Positions 31,890-42,438 of a stretch of DNA of 64,000 nt are shown one piece after another. Each line of letters begins with the position of its first letter. The first letter of the stretch is position 1. Origin of the DNA: a virus (taxonomy: Duplodnaviria > Caudoviricetes). The notes under the pieces were generated by a model. That model worked only from the letters and a program-made list of their open reading frames with translations. It was not told the DNA's origin and made no database searches. Position numbers and translations under genes: made by a program. The stretch spans positions 120,672 through 184,671 of IMG/VR virus record IMGVR_UViG_3300028805_000046; one strand, 5' to 3'.

Positions 31890-34061
31890 ATGAAAATAGA
31901 GTTCACACAAGATTTTAAAGACAAAGTACTTAGAGCTGAGGGCGGCGTAAAGTTTGTCCTCAAAGGCTTTGTACTTGCGTCTTCTGCAGATAGCGTAGAA
32001 ACGCTTGATGATGTTCGTAAGTTGAACTTGATTACAAACGGCAATGATCCTGACAAGGATTTTATTGAGCAGCTCTTCAATGTTGCATATACGCCTGCAC
32101 TTGAAATAGGAAAGTTTGGCACATACAAGTTGTTCTTGCCAAAACTTACACATGACGTAACCGCTATTCTTATTGGTGAGTGCTATAATGAAAGTAAGAT
32201 TGCTGTTACATCAACCGGTGAATATTTCGTTGCTGGAACTGTTGCTATTTCAGCTGGTACTACAGACGTCAACGTTGCGTTGACCATTACATTTAACGAT
32301 GAAGAAGTTTCTTATACTGCTCGGAACAGTGACCGTCATGATGCTGGCACTGTTGAGTATAATACTGATAATGCACTTTGGCTTATTCCTTCCATGAGTG
32401 ACCAGCAGAAGTTTGGTCTTGAAGAAGAAATTAAAGACACTATTGGCGCGGAAGTTCCTACATCCGCAAATGCAATCAACGTTCTGCCAATAACCGAACG
32501 CAATGACGCTCCTTGGAATGAGCCTGTTCAGTTCAGCGTCTGGGACGAAAACATCCCAGGCAAACCGCAGATGCTCCTTTCTTATGGAGATAGAACAAGT
32601 GCCTGTTCAGAATTTGGATTTGAACGTGGCACTGATTATTTCGCAATGAACGCTAAGACAGATGAACCTGTCAACTATTCATTGCTTGATAATGACGCTA
32701 CTTTTACCTCTGGAGGCATTGACGGATCATGCCGTATTCTTGGTGAAAACGATGAACTTATCGTTGGTTCAAATGACATGCTTTTAAAGACCAAGAATGT
32801 TACTGTTGGCGGCGTGTCTTCCTCTGGTTCTTGCAACGATTTCTTGATGAAAGCAAACGATGTCCATGTAGTAGACAGCTCATTGCTTAACTTCTATGGA
32901 GTCAGTCTCGGAAATCTTAATCACATTGCTAATAGCAGCGACGTTTCAGTTGTCAACTCGCAAGACATTAATGTTAATGCTTCTGAAAATGGTCTTATCA
33001 TCAATAGTACAGGAATTGATGCCGAAGCAAAGAACTTCATCGCTTTAGGTGCGAATGATTCTGTTGTTAAAGATGACAATACGTTCGTTGCGGGTGGTCC
33101 TGGATTGAAAGCAAATTATGGCACAAAGGATAATTCATTCTATTTTGGTCAGCACAATGCAGTCAATGAAAATGTAGATTCACACTTCCGTTGGACAGTA
33201 TCTGACGGCTATTACATTCCTGAAGCACATCCGATTAACCCGTCAACTGGTCAGCCTATTGATGTTTCAACAGTAACGCCTACTGACAATGCAAAGACTG
33301 AATATGCCCGTTTCATGAAGCGCATTGATACATTCTCTGTGGAAAGAGGAAGTCTTCCAGGTGGTTCCGGCTATACTGAATACTTTGCTATTCGTAAGGC
33401 ATTTGCTGGTGGAGAAATTAAAGGTCAAGGTGTTAAGCCAGGACAGTTGTGGAACGTAAGCGACACGCTTTTCTTGACAGATAAAATCTTGTTCACTAAG
33501 CCTAATGACAACAGCTCTGATGGTCTTGCAGAAATAAAGATTGCTGACATGCGTCGTTTCATCAATGGCGAGTTTGATAATGTGCCTGCTGTTCAAGTTG
33601 ATACATCAGTCGCAGAATCAGAAGTTTACGCTACTTATGGCGCTCGCACTTCAGAGATCATTCTTAGAGAACCAATCTATACTTTAACTAATGAAAACGG
33701 CCAAATTGTTTCTGTCACGAATGGACACCTTGGTGATTTGAGAAAGGCACAAGAAGAACATCCTGACTCTGTCATCGCTAATGTGAACACCGTCATTCCG
33801 TATGAACTTGTACAATGGGAAATGGCACAGTTATTCCCTCAGGGAGTAAGTTCTTGGGACTACTCAAAGCCGTTCACGTTCTACGTTGTCAATGCATCTA
33901 ACGTTGATATGCAGTATCAGGCGTATCTTGAAAAGCTTGGTCCATTCCACGCTTTGTACTCAAAGATGATTCCTGTTCGTGCAGGCGAATGCGTAATGTT
34001 ACGATTTGCTTCAACTTCAGAAGTAAGAGGCGTAATAAATGTAAGTTATGACGCCCAATAA
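31890..34061 (+). CDS. Putative tail fibre protein
   Basis: Beta-helix-like S/N repeats and FGQHN..TVSDG motif. Confidence 0.55.
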   Translation: MKIEFTQDFKDKVLRAEGGVKFVLKGFVLASSADSVETLDDVRKLNLITNGNDPDKDFIEQLFNVAYTPALEIGKFGTYKLFLPKLTHDVTAILIGECYNESKIAVTSTGEYFVAGTVAISAGTTDVNVALTITFNDEEVSYTARNSDRHDAGTVEYNTDNALWLIPSMSDQQKFGLEEEIKDTIGAEVPTSANAINVLPITERNDAPWNEPVQFSVWDENIPGKPQMLLSYGDRTSACSEFGFERGTDYFAMNAKTDEPVNYSLLDNDATFTSGGIDGSCRILGENDELIVGSNDMLLKTKNVTVGGVSSSGSCNDFLMKANDVHVVDSSLLNFYGVSLGNLNHIANSSDVSVVNSQDINVNASENGLIINSTGIDAEAKNFIALGANDSVVKDDNTFVAGGPGLKANYGTKDNSFYFGQHNAVNENVDSHFRWTVSDGYYIPEAHPINPSTGQPIDVSTVTPTDNAKTEYARFMKRIDTFSVERGSLPGGSGYTEYFAIRKAFAGGEIKGQGVKPGQLWNVSDTLFLTDKILFTKPNDNSSDGLAEIKIADMRRFINGEFDNVPAVQVDTSVAESEVYATYGARTSEIILREPIYTLTNENGQIVSVTNGHLGDLRKAQEEHPDSVIANVNTVIPYELVQWEMAQLFPQGVSSWDYSKPFTFYVVNASNVDMQYQAYLEKLGPFHALYSKMIPVRAGECVMLRFASTSEVRGVINVSYDAQ

Positions 34062-34068
34062 ATAAAAC

Positions 34069-34665
34069 ATGAGTTTTAAGGCGTACATGCATAAGTATCT
34101 AAATCCGGCTGGCGAAGTAAAGCCGGATTTTTACATAACCGCTACATTGAATGCACTGAATAAGTACATGCAGGAAATTGAGCGTATGCATTCAGCTCCG
34201 CAGTATCAAGTAAGCGGAACTATCACTTACCCAGGTACGCCGCCTGTCGTTGTTTCTTATTCAGGACCAACAGGCTATTGGGTACCAAAGAAAAAACGTT
34301 TTACATACAGTGAAGTGAAGAATGCACTGTGGTGCGGAGATCCAAAACAGTGCTTTATAAATCTGTTCAATCTTATAGGTAAAAAACTTGCTGATAATTT
34401 CTGCGTCATGAAAGGCGGAGCGGTTATCGGACAAGCAAGAGTAAACCTCAGTGTATCTCATTTTGCTGCAGTCGCTGCAATGTTCTATGCCAAGCTTAAA
34501 GTCATTGGAAAGGCGATGACACCTGAGTTATTTCTGGACACTGAAAGCGAGTACATCACAAAAGCAATAAAGATGATTCCTCCTGCATTTGGATCGTTGG
34601 CAGGTCCTATGACTGGTGGAATCTTCACAGGTACAGTTGGAGGAAACCTTGGAAACACTCTTTAA
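34069..34665 (+). CDS. Hypothetical late protein
   Basis: 198-aa ORF directly after ATAAATA. Confidence 0.55.
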   Translation: MSFKAYMHKYLNPAGEVKPDFYITATLNALNKYMQEIERMHSAPQYQVSGTITYPGTPPVVVSYSGPTGYWVPKKKRFTYSEVKNALWCGDPKQCFINLFNLIGKKLADNFCVMKGGAVIGQARVNLSVSHFAAVAAMFYAKLKVIGKAMTPELFLDTESEYITKAIKMIPPAFGSLAGPMTGGIFTGTVGGNLGNTL

Positions 34666-35548
34666 TTATCTCGAAATTCCGTTAAAGGATTTGCCATCAC
34701 AAGGCAAGTTCTATTCAAGTCAAGCAAAGATTGAAGGACGATTCCTTACAGTCGGCGATGTAAAGTTCTTATCTTTGCTTATGCCTGAAAATGCTGAAGA
34801 AATCATCAACTCAATTCTCAAGAACTGTTTCAGATTCACGTTCTTGGCATTTGATGGTCTGCTTCTTTGCGACCGTGAGTATCTTATCTTCTGGCTCCGT
34901 GCTAACTCTTATACGAATGAAAGCGGTTACAGCCTTAAGGTTGGTAAGTGTCATTCTTGCGGCAATTCGTACACGCATGCAGTTGACCTTGAAGAAGTCC
35001 AGACTAATCAGCTTGATGACTTTGACCCCGTCGTTATTCTTCCACAATCACAGCGAGCAGTTCGCATTAAACTGCCTAACGTCGCATCAATGAAAATCAA
35101 AGATGATGATAAAGACTTCCAGCTAGTTGCTAGAATGATTGACTGTGGGACTGTTGACCCGAAGCAGTACTTGTCTGAATTTTCAACATACGACTTGGCT
35201 TTCTTGATTGACCATTGCAAGTCCATCAAGGTTGGATTTGATACGCACTTTAATACAGTCTGTCCGAAGTGTCATGCTACTAATGAAATTGAAGCAGAGC
35301 TTTCAGACGAGAATATGTTCACTATTCATGAAATGCACGACATTATCCGAATGACAACTCTCATCACGCATAACGTTGGCGTTCAGATTCCAGACACATA
35401 TTCATGGCCTGAACTTGAAACCTTGCAGCAAGTCGCAAGTGAAATCATTAAGAACGAGAACGATGAAAACTCAAAGGCAGAAGCCAAGGCTAAAGCACAA
35501 GCAGCAAGCATGGCTGCTAAGCATAATGTCAAGAACGTTCACGTCTAA
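34616..35548 (+). CDS. Second gp26-like baseplate hub assembly protein
   Basis: LPSQGKFY, DREYLIFWLRANSY and two CxxC motifs; paralog of 17087. Confidence 0.65.
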   Translation: MESSQVQLEETLETLFNYLEIPLKDLPSQGKFYSSQAKIEGRFLTVGDVKFLSLLMPENAEEIINSILKNCFRFTFLAFDGLLLCDREYLIFWLRANSYTNESGYSLKVGKCHSCGNSYTHAVDLEEVQTNQLDDFDPVVILPQSQRAVRIKLPNVASMKIKDDDKDFQLVARMIDCGTVDPKQYLSEFSTYDLAFLIDHCKSIKVGFDTHFNTVCPKCHATNEIEAELSDENMFTIHEMHDIIRMTTLITHNVGVQIPDTYSWPELETLQQVASEIIKNENDENSKAEAKAKAQAASMAAKHNVKNVHV

Positions 35549-35638
35549 TTCCTACTTCTTAGAGAAAAAAATTAGGGTCTTTCAATGATCCTAATTTTTT
35601 ATTATATTTTCTAATGGAAAAATTATAAAGAGGAGAAT

Positions 35639-36241
35639 ATGGGAAAATATGTAGACAACAAAAGACTAAAGGAAGTGGTATCACTTTACAATTCACTTAA
35701 TGCTTATGATACTGGTGATTGGTGCCCGAAGTACCTTGAGAACCAAGAAAAACGTCTAAAGTCTGGCAAGATCACGAAAGATGACTATATGAAGTGTAAG
35801 GAATTCATTCATAGAAAGGTCAAGCAGATTGAAGATCTTCAAGACAAGTATCAGAAATTGACGCTTGAAGAACGCCGAAAGTATGATTACGAATTTGACA
35901 AGTTGAAGGATGAGTTCTGTGATATGATCATCAAGATTGCGAATGGCCGAGTCAATTCGTTCAAGCTCAGATCTCAGCCAAATCTCGTCAACCACATTGA
36001 TGACATTATGCAAGACGCAGTCATTCAAGTATTTCGTTACATCAACCGATTTGACGAATCACGAGGCACAAGTGCTTTTTCTTACGTCACTGAACAGTGC
36101 TCAAACGCCATTAAGCAGGATCTTAAGAAGATTCAGGAACACGATAAGACATACGTCAGCGGCATTGATTTCTTTGACAACATCAACACTATTGACAACC
36201 CGCATGACGGCGTTAGCGGTCTTGCTAATTTCATGGAGTAA
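35639..36241 (+). CDS. Late-transcription sigma factor gp55
   Basis: YVDNKRL, IIKIANG, DDIMQDA..RYINRFD..AFSYVT..NA. Confidence 0.85.
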   Translation: MGKYVDNKRLKEVVSLYNSLNAYDTGDWCPKYLENQEKRLKSGKITKDDYMKCKEFIHRKVKQIEDLQDKYQKLTLEERRKYDYEFDKLKDEFCDMIIKIANGRVNSFKLRSQPNLVNHIDDIMQDAVIQVFRYINRFDESRGTSAFSYVTEQCSNAIKQDLKKIQEHDKTYVSGIDFFDNINTIDNPHDGVSGLANFME

Positions 36242-36243
36242 AT

Positions 36244-36747
36244 ATGATTACAAAAGTAACTAGAGAAATCCAGCGTTTTGAAATAAAGAACGTTTACGAA
36301 TGGATGCAGAACAATATTTCTAATGCTGAGTTCTTTACAGAAGTAGCATTGCTCATCTATAACAACATTACACAGATGGCTCCTTATTACAAGGAGATCA
36401 TTACTGGCTGCTATGATGAAAATCAGGACAAGGAGTATCACGAATATGTTTCTGCTGTTCGTAAGCTTTACATGCAGTATGTTGACCGCAACGAGCAAGG
36501 CGAACCGAAACTTGATGAGCGTGGCAATCCTGTCGTAACTGAACAGATTGTCGAGTTCACTGAAGCTAAGAAGAAGCTAGACTCTGAACATACTGACTTG
36601 ATTAAGCGAGTACAGAACAAAGATGCAACAAACGCAAAGTTCCTTCAGGAAAAAATGAATGTGGAGTACTTTACGCTTGAATACGAAGAAGCCAAGTATG
36701 ATAAGCTCTCGCTTCCGCCGTTTGTAGTTGGATTCTTGTTTAGATAA
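36244..36747 (+). CDS. Hypothetical protein
   Basis: 167-aa ORF. Confidence 0.55.
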   Translation: MITKVTREIQRFEIKNVYEWMQNNISNAEFFTEVALLIYNNITQMAPYYKEIITGCYDENQDKEYHEYVSAVRKLYMQYVDRNEQGEPKLDERGNPVVTEQIVEFTEAKKKLDSEHTDLIKRVQNKDATNAKFLQEKMNVEYFTLEYEEAKYDKLSLPPFVVGFLFR

Positions 36748-36749
36748 GA

Positions 36750-38018
36750 TTAACGAATTTGTTCATGCTGATGGGTGGCGCTGTTATAGTAGCCACCTTT
36801 CTTTGTCCATCGAGTCATTTCCTGGTCAGCGATGTACTGACCAGTCTTACTAATGCTGCTTGCTTTCTTCAATGAGAAGTCGCCCCATGTTGAAGTAGAT
36901 GGGTCACCATTTGCTTCCCAGTTAGAAACAAGTCCAGACTTATTAGCAGCGTCTTCAATGGTCTTGCGCTGTTCGTCACTCATGTTCTGCAATGTAATCT
37001 TATTGTGTCTTGCGTCATAGAACGTCAAGTCAATCTTTTGACCAAGAGTATGCGAACCACTCTTAGTTCCAAGACCAACTTCGTGACCAGTGTCATTATA
37101 GGCGTTTACTTCAACAGTGACACCTTTCTTTCTGAGTTCATTTCTCAAGTTGAATAAGCTGACGTCCATTTTCTCAGCATTGTCTTTAAGAACTTTGTCA
37201 AGAACTTGGCGATTTACGTTTACATGAGTAGCTGTCAATATTTTATGATGAAGAGCTTCTGATTCTTCTTCAGTGACATTAAAGTCCTTAGTTCCTTCTG
37301 CAACGCCGTGTCTTGTATTGACGCCTTTAGTTCCATAAATGTCGGCATTCACAAGACCTTCAAGATGCATCTCGCCATCATATTGAACTTTATTTGCAAG
37401 ATTGATAAGTTTTTCCATCTGGTCAGTACGTTCTTGTTCTGGTGTATTGATGACATTAAGTCCAGATGCGATAGCACCAGCTGTTCTGGAAAGAACTGCG
37501 TCATCAACATCAAAGTTCTCACTGATTGTTCTTACAACGAACTGCATTGAAAGCTGGACAGGTGAAACACCACCAGTTCTTGAAAACTGTCCATCGTCAT
37601 AATCTTGCAGCATGCACCAGAAGCAGCGTCCACGAAGTACCTTATACATCATGTTGTCGTATTCTCTGACAATGATAGCGATAACCTTCGGCGTGCCTGA
37701 ATAACTGTACTGGTGCATTCCTTTGTTGACTACGCCTGCAAGTTTGTCAATGTACTTCGTCACATCCATGTTATCAGTTTCTTCAAAGCTGATATTCAAT
37801 CCACGAGCAGACAAGTCCCAGATAGGAATAGTGAAGTAACCGCCTCCACCGTAAAACACTGCACCCGCTGAAGTATCGCCGTCTGCGTCTGTAAACTTCA
37901 CAGAACGGATTGCATACTTTAACTTTTCTTGGATTCCGTTTTCATCAATAATATCCACAACGAAACGAAAAGGAAGTTGCGGCATAGTTTGAAAGAATTT
38001 CTTTACTGCTAACGGCAT
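36750..38018 (-). CDS. Tail-tube-like (gp54-like) domain fused to a possible M15 peptidase domain
   Basis: N-terminal RF.V..ISFEET pattern; C-terminal GSHTLGQKID resembles the M15 SxHxxGxAxD motif. Confidence 0.45.
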   Translation of the reverse strand: MPLAVKKFFQTMPQLPFRFVVDIIDENGIQEKLKYAIRSVKFTDADGDTSAGAVFYGGGGYFTIPIWDLSARGLNISFEETDNMDVTKYIDKLAGVVNKGMHQYSYSGTPKVIAIIVREYDNMMYKVLRGRCFWCMLQDYDDGQFSRTGGVSPVQLSMQFVVRTISENFDVDDAVLSRTAGAIASGLNVINTPEQERTDQMEKLINLANKVQYDGEMHLEGLVNADIYGTKGVNTRHGVAEGTKDFNVTEEESEALHHKILTATHVNVNRQVLDKVLKDNAEKMDVSLFNLRNELRKKGVTVEVNAYNDTGHEVGLGTKSGSHTLGQKIDLTFYDARHNKITLQNMSDEQRKTIEDAANKSGLVSNWEANGDPSTSTWGDFSLKKASSISKTGQYIADQEMTRWTKKGGYYNSATHQHEQIR

Positions 38019-38019
38019 C

Positions 38020-38640
38020 TTATCCTCTCTTGTATTCGTTGAAGGTGAATGTTACTGTCCATTTGCAGAGCGACTCGCCTTGATAGTCAAATTCATAAGG
38101 CACGACTTTCGCTATTCTGCATTGTGTAAATGAATGCGTGTAAACGACTCGATTTAACTTATTGTTTAGAATGTCAATCTGAATCTTGTCAAAGTCAATG
38201 TCATCTGGAGCAATATGATAGTCAGCGGCTGCTGCGCCACCAGTATGTCCATCATAATTCTCGACGATCTCAAAGCCTTTGCCGTATCGTCCATGTCTTG
38301 TAAGCCAGCTATGAATGCCAAGTCTAAAGGCAGTATTACCAGTATGTCCATGAACATTGACAGTCGCATTGCTATCAGCAGCTGCGCGGCCGGTATCAAG
38401 CGACTCGAAGAAATCAATCGTAAATTCTCTAACGCTGTCTGATTTCGGGATAAGGAACTTCTGTGCCATGTTTCCGTACTTATAGACAGCGGTCTCATAT
38501 TGGAGAATCTTAGGAGGAGTAAATCCGATACACTGAACGACTTCAATAGGCTCATTTGCTCCATCAGCAAAGATAGAACAAGTGTAGCTGTCGCTTAGCT
38601 TAACGGTCTTCTCTCTAAAATAATTTCCAATCCTTAACAT
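38020..38640 (-). CDS. Tail-tube-like protein (gp54/gp19 family)
   Basis: FTIDFFE..VYTHSF..PYEFDY..WTVTFTF; start moved to ATG 38640. Confidence 0.55.
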   Translation of the reverse strand: MLRIGNYFREKTVKLSDSYTCSIFADGANEPIEVVQCIGFTPPKILQYETAVYKYGNMAQKFLIPKSDSVREFTIDFFESLDTGRAAADSNATVNVHGHTGNTAFRLGIHSWLTRHGRYGKGFEIVENYDGHTGGAAAADYHIAPDDIDFDKIQIDILNNKLNRVVYTHSFTQCRIAKVVPYEFDYQGESLCKWTVTFTFNEYKRG

Positions 38641-38651
38641 ATAATATTTAT

Positions 38652-39419
38652 CTATGCACGGACATTTGTGTTGCCGACATGAAGCATAGCGCCGCAGATA
38701 TAGCACTGCTCAACATTAGCGACCAAGTGCTTTAGCTGATTGCTTCCGAGGTCAACATAGCCTGCTGCGTCTATCTTAGCATCACCACCTGCAAAGATCT
38801 CGCAGTTACCATCTGTGCTAATCTTTGAATTGCCGTAAACCTTGACATTCAAGTTGCCTTTTGGGTTCATCTGATTGCCAGTATAGATTTCAATGTCGCC
38901 GTTCTTATTAATGCAAGTCATAGCACCAGTTCTGTGAGTAAATACAAGTTCACCAGACTTTCTATTCAATGTCAAGAAGTCGCCTTGGTCAGTTTCCATC
39001 AAGACCATCTTGTGCGGATATTCAGACTTATTCTGTCTGCCAGTAAGACCCATTCGTGAGTAGCTGTTATACTGGTTAAATGCAATTCCGTTGAATACTG
39101 GACGCTGAACGTCGCCTTTCTCAAAATAGCCACGGACCATCGTTCCTACTTCTGGAATGACTTGAGAACCGCATTTACCACCGATAAATGACATATCAGG
39201 AATTGCCCACGGAAGCCATTCATCTTCCAGGTTTTCATAATAGCCAATGACACGAATCTTTACTCGGCCCAATCTTTCGGGGTCATCGTTATCAACCACT
39301 TTACCAGTCCACTTTTCGTAATTTGGAGTTCCTGGCACATAAGTGTTCATATCTGACATTACTTGCTTTGTCTGTTCTCCACCACCAAGCAATGCTCTGT
39401 ACTGTTCAATGTCGGTCAT
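38652..39419 (-). CDS. Baseplate hub/spike gp5 (OB-fold plus beta-helix, no lysozyme domain)
   Basis: GKVVDNDDPERLGRVKIRVIG..LPWA..PEVG..V.G.F. Confidence 0.85.
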   Translation of the reverse strand: MTDIEQYRALLGGGEQTKQVMSDMNTYVPGTPNYEKWTGKVVDNDDPERLGRVKIRVIGYYENLEDEWLPWAIPDMSFIGGKCGSQVIPEVGTMVRGYFEKGDVQRPVFNGIAFNQYNSYSRMGLTGRQNKSEYPHKMVLMETDQGDFLTLNRKSGELVFTHRTGAMTCINKNGDIEIYTGNQMNPKGNLNVKVYGNSKISTDGNCEIFAGGDAKIDAAGYVDLGSNQLKHLVANVEQCYICGAMLHVGNTNVRA

Positions 39420-40915
39420 TATTGTCCTCTCGTTCCATAAAGTCCATCGTTCGCTGCGACGATCTCGATGTTGTAGGGCTGCTTAGCTGAATAAGAGTGC
39501 TTAATCTGAACGATACAGAATCTTCCAGAATGAATCGGGTCAATCTTTTCAGAAGTTGAGAAATCAACATCAATGACATCGCCTAATCTTGGTACAGAAA
39601 AGCTCTTTGCGAAACTTTCCTGTTGTCTACCTGTATCTATAACAAGCTTAGCGAACTGCTGGAAGAACGATCTTCTAACTTGTTCGTTCTGTGCTTCAGC
39701 GATAGTGTAATAGTTATGCATGCTGTCAAAGTGCATACCGCCATTGACTGCTTTTGAGACAGTCTCTTTCATTGATGGGTTTGCGTTCTTGACGGTCGCA
39801 AGTCTATCACTGTTGTTCTGCCAAGTGACCATTCTATAGCCTTCGCCTCTGTCTTTGTCAAAGCTCTGAAGACCATTCGTAAATGCGTTCTTAATAGCGC
39901 CAACAGCAGCCTTTGCTTGTGAAAGTGCAGAGCCTGTGAAGATCGGTAAGTAAGGCTTGTCGTTGCCCATCATCTTTCCGATGAAGTTTGACTCCTTATA
40001 AGGAATCTTCGCAGTATTGTAAGGATTGTACATCGCCATTGACAATGAATAGCCGCCTTTATTCAAGATTGGGCCACCGGCATTGACTATCGCTTCATCA
40101 GTGTACCACACAGAAGTCTTATCGCCTTTCTGCATGCCAGTCTTTGGTGAAGTATAAGCAAACTCCTGTCTAATCTTTTCGCCAGCCTTCTGACAAAGAT
40201 CTTTAATAGTCACGTAATGAGCAATTCCTTTTGCGTCAGCGTATAAGATCGGCGCATTTCCTTGACCAACCCAGGCGTGCTTAACGACACGGTCACAGAA
40301 CGCTGCTCTTGTTTCATTACAACTAATCCAGTATGACTTATCATCAACTTCGCCATCTTCCGTATCATCGCTGAAGCCTAAGCCAGACTGTTCGATGACA
40401 GCTCTCAACGCCTGCGTGCTAGTTGTCTTTTCATACTTGCCGCCGCTCTTCAATGCGTTCACTGCACCAGCGACTGAAAGAAGCTGTGCAGGAAATACTG
40501 CAACTTCATTGATGTACTTCTGTGCTGCGTAAGTACAGCTGTAACGATGCATGTAAGTGTTTGGAGTAATGCCTGGAAGTTCAGTGATTGTCTGAATTAC
40601 GAATGAACCATTGACGATAGGTTCTCGAACTGCGTCGGGATCCTGCGTATCTCTAGGCTTAAGTCTGATATTGAGAAGATCGCCGATCTTTACTGAATAC
40701 GTTCCGAAAAGGCGTCCAACATCAACAACCTGCACAGTCATCGTAGGCAACAATGTAAACATGCTTTCCGTAATGCAGATCTTATCAATGCAGCTAGACT
40801 CGATAGTCAAGCCTTCTTCTGGCTTCTCGGGGTCGCCAATCCACATCTGGAGTTCAACATAGCTGCCACCAGATTCTGTACTTCCGCCTAATGTCTTTCC
40901 ATCATATCCCGGCAT
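39419..40915 (-). CDS. Putative baseplate hub protein (gp27-like)
   Basis: I.ESMF N-terminus and SGRFCIVQIKH C-terminus; adjacent to gp5. Confidence 0.55.
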   Translation of the reverse strand: MPGYDGKTLGGSTESGGSYVELQMWIGDPEKPEEGLTIESSCIDKICITESMFTLLPTMTVQVVDVGRLFGTYSVKIGDLLNIRLKPRDTQDPDAVREPIVNGSFVIQTITELPGITPNTYMHRYSCTYAAQKYINEVAVFPAQLLSVAGAVNALKSGGKYEKTTSTQALRAVIEQSGLGFSDDTEDGEVDDKSYWISCNETRAAFCDRVVKHAWVGQGNAPILYADAKGIAHYVTIKDLCQKAGEKIRQEFAYTSPKTGMQKGDKTSVWYTDEAIVNAGGPILNKGGYSLSMAMYNPYNTAKIPYKESNFIGKMMGNDKPYLPIFTGSALSQAKAAVGAIKNAFTNGLQSFDKDRGEGYRMVTWQNNSDRLATVKNANPSMKETVSKAVNGGMHFDSMHNYYTIAEAQNEQVRRSFFQQFAKLVIDTGRQQESFAKSFSVPRLGDVIDVDFSTSEKIDPIHSGRFCIVQIKHSYSAKQPYNIEIVAANDGLYGTRGQ

Positions 40916-41835
40916 TATTTGTTACCATTCTTTAATGTGATTGAAATTCCTTTATTGCCAGTGACCCATCCAGTCACATTGAAGTGCTTAACGATTTCAA
41001 AAGCCTCCTTAATGTTCTTCGGAGCCTTAAATCCTCTAAATACGTTGTCATTCAAAGCAAACAAGTAGTTAGCGTTCTGCAATTTCATATAGTTGCGTAG
41101 ATGCGCAGAAGCGATTACGAGCTTTAAATCCTGTTCGTTGTTAAATAACTCGCACATTGCTTTAGCAAGGATTCTAGAGGGCTTTCTGCGGTTCTGCAGG
41201 ATCATCATAAGTGGCAACATCTTTGACTTGTTCTTCAACAAGAATCCTTGAATTTCGTCAATCATTTCAAGAGTAAAGTTCTTTTCTTTAGTTCCTGTTC
41301 CAAACAGTCCATAAATGTCAAACAGAACAGAGCCGTTCATTGGCTTGAACATTTCATTTGAACCGCCCAGATTTGCAGACTTACCCTTGACTTCAATTCT
41401 GTTGCCTTTGTCATCTATCAAGTCACCAGAACCTTCATTGAAGTTGATGTTCGCAAAGTTTGCTGCGAGTAAGAACTCGCCACGTCCAACTGCCGGCTGT
41501 GGAGTATTTACTGCAAGGCAGTCATCAAGGTATTCCGGCTTAACATACTGGTCAAGTCGTGCTTTCTTCAAAAAATCTTTCAATGAATAAGGACCAAATT
41601 CTTGGAAAATGAAATGATTCTTGTTTACTTGCTCGAAGAAGTCTGCTGGAGATACAATCAAGTCCTTAGAAAGAATTGCTTCATGTTTTGCTGCAAGTCC
41701 TTCATGCTTGCCACTTTTCTTATCTGTCCAGTACTTGTTGACTTCGCTTTTAAGATTCTCTAATCTAACTGGCGTGTTCTGAACATCACCAAGTTTCTGC
41801 ATTTTGCCATCATTATCTTTTGTGTACAATTCCAT
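40915..41835 (-). CDS. Putative PD-(D/E)xK nuclease-like protein
   Basis: VGRGEFLL..GDL..IEVK; TATAAATA at 41843-41850 (-) implies a start at 41835. Confidence 0.45.
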   Translation of the reverse strand: MELYTKDNDGKMQKLGDVQNTPVRLENLKSEVNKYWTDKKSGKHEGLAAKHEAILSKDLIVSPADFFEQVNKNHFIFQEFGPYSLKDFLKKARLDQYVKPEYLDDCLAVNTPQPAVGRGEFLLAANFANINFNEGSGDLIDDKGNRIEVKGKSANLGGSNEMFKPMNGSVLFDIYGLFGTGTKEKNFTLEMIDEIQGFLLKNKSKMLPLMMILQNRRKPSRILAKAMCELFNNEQDLKLVIASAHLRNYMKLQNANYLFALNDNVFRGFKAPKNIKEAFEIVKHFNVTGWVTGNKGISITLKNGNK

Positions 41836-41853
41836 ACTGAAATATTTATACAC

Positions 41854-41880
41854 AAAAAGACGGGTCTAAGTGACCCGTCT
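41854..41880 (-). terminator. Intrinsic terminator
   Basis: AGACGGGTC/GACCCGTCT stem followed by a T-run on the minus strand. Confidence 0.75.
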
Positions 41881-41901
41881 CATTGATTTCGTCTGACGAT
41901 A

Positions 41902-42426
41902 TTACTTAACGTTGTATTCTTCGCCGTCAAGTTGAACCATGATTTCCACCAATGCGTTGATTACAGCGTCATCATCTGCTTCAGTTGTTTCAGGTCCATC
42001 AATTTCATCGCCATCATCATTAACATATTTAGTGTTTATCTTATACCCGTCTTCTAGAGTTCTTATTTCTGCAGTTGCTTCACTAGCACCAGGCGAGTTA
42101 ATGTAAAGCGTAAAGTCATCAATAGATGTTGGCGTATCTGAACCCGAGTAGCATTCATAATAGAAATTGCTTTGCGATTCATCGTGGATGTTGAAAACAT
42201 CATTGAGTCTAGCAACAATCTTTTCACCAAGTCCTTCTAGCTTTTCAGACGCGGCAGCGATGATTGCTTTAGCACGATTTCTTTTTTCTTTAGCAGCAGC
42301 GCGTTTTGCTCGCATAGCGTTAAGTTCATCAGGAGTAAAGCCATCATATACGGTAGCAGCACGACCTTCTACCAAAAATCCAGCTCCTTGCAGTCTTTTA
42401 ACTGCTTCATTCAATTCCATTTTCAT
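41902..42426 (-). CDS. Putative internal head protein
   Basis: N-terminus MKMELNEAV.xLQ.AG shared with the neighbouring gene. Confidence 0.5.
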   Translation of the reverse strand: MKMELNEAVKRLQGAGFLVEGRAATVYDGFTPDELNAMRAKRAAAKEKRNRAKAIIAAASEKLEGLGEKIVARLNDVFNIHDESQSNFYYECYSGSDTPTSIDDFTLYINSPGASEATAEIRTLEDGYKINTKYVNDDGDEIDGPETTEADDDAVINALVEIMVQLDGEEYNVK

Positions 42427-42438
42427 TGCGGATTCTCC

